Assembly (NCBI GenBank): GCA_945862505.1
Contig: CAMAYJ010000004.1
Coordinates: 581-64,580 of the forward strand
Source: Bifidobacterium breve
GTDB lineage: Bacteria > Actinomycetota > Acidimicrobiia > Acidimicrobiales > Acidimicrobilacustridaceae
DNA: 64,000 bases
Direction: 5' to 3'
Shown here: positions 63,422 to 64,000 of the stretch, in pieces
Layout of the letters: the number at the start of each line of letters is the position of its first letter
Position numbering within the stretch: position 1 is the stretch's first letter
Notes under the pieces: model-generated
The model's database searches: none
What the model was told of the DNA's origin: nothing
Seen by the model: only the letters and a program-made list of their open reading frames with translations
Translations under genes and position numbers: made by a program

Positions 63422-64000
63422 TCAACTTTTCATGAGGAAGTCGATGTCGTCTGCTTTCAGGAATAGGTCGACCTCTTCGGCCAGTAATTCGTGCTTCACG
63501 AGGTCGGGATCGGCGCCGAGAAGCTCTATTGCGACCTCACGAGCGATCACCACCCATTCACGATCTCGACGAAGCGAAGCCAGTTTCAAGTCGTTCTGAC
63601 CTTTCTGCCGCTCCCCCATGATCGTTCCTTCACCACGAAGGTCAAGGTCGACTTCGGCAAGTTCAAAGCCATCGGTGGTTCGAACCAACGCTTCGAGACG
63701 GGCCTCACCATCGGGAGTTTTAGATTCGCCAACGAGCCAACAAAAAGACTTCGCTGCACCTCGACCAACACGACCACGCAACTGATGCAACTGGGCAATG
63801 CCGAAACGCGTTGCATCAAGAACCACCATGACCGTTGCATTCGGAACATCGACACCGACTTCGATCACAGTTGTCGATATAAGGGCATCGAGTTCACCGA
63901 CACGGAACTGAGTCATAACCGCATCTTTTTCATCGGATTTAAGTCGCCCGTGCAACAGACCCACTCGCAATCCCACAAGTTCGCCGTTGGTGAGTTCTTC
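63422..64000 (-). CDS. recG: ATP-dependent DNA helicase RecG, C-terminal part (start outside the window)
   Basis: LHGRL, STTVIEVGVDVPNA, RFGIAQLHQLRGRVGRG, DGFELAEVDLDLRGEG and Q motif. Confidence 0.96.
   Translation of the reverse strand, partial: EELTNGELVGLRVGLLHGRLKSDEKDAVMTQFRVGELDALISTTVIEVGVDVPNATVMVVLDATRFGIAQLHQLRGRVGRGAAKSFCWLVGESKTPDGEARLEALVRTTDGFELAEVDLDLRGEGTIMGERQKGQNDLKLASLRRDREWVVIAREVAIELLGADPDLVKHELLAEEVDLFLKADDIDFLMKS

Overview
A gene-dense 64 kb chromosomal segment from an actinobacterium, probably class Acidimicrobiia (inferred from the DUF2469-YraN pair, a SepIVA/Rv2927c-like gene after coaD, Rv2466c- and mycoredoxin-like proteins, and the rpmF-plsX-acpP-rnc order). 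No tRNA, rRNA, CRISPR array, transposase or integrase was found. The left two thirds (1-40 kb) is accessory and metabolic. It holds an ApbE/ferric-reductase flavinylation module with two low-complexity surface proteins, divergent from an OmpR-type two-component system; an orphan ParA with a tail-anchored partner; queC; an ABC1 kinase-bioA-bioF-bioD operon lacking bioB; a CarH-like B12-binding regulator; a cobalamin riboswitch-led ECF importer; murT-gatD; several thiol peroxidases/redoxins; and a block of lipid/xenobiotic-type enzymes. The right third (40-64 kb) is the conserved minus-strand superoperon recG-rsmD-coaD-sepIVA-yceD-rpmF-plsX-acpP-rnc-mutM-smc-ftsY-ffh-rpsP-khpA-rimM-trmD-rplS, interrupted by three insertions. 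The best candidates for undescribed biology are: (1) an ApbE module whose likely substrate is a membrane-tethered disordered protein ending in a flavinylation-like motif, with no folded FMN-binding domain; (2) a 100-aa His-tailed membrane protein translationally coupled between ftsY and ffh; (3) the orphan ParA with its tail-anchored partner; (4) an RNase III gene with no ATG/GTG/TTG start upstream of its catalytic motif (probable CTG start). Many start codons were re-assigned by eye from RBS and stop/start overlaps. All family assignments come from motif recognition, not database searches.
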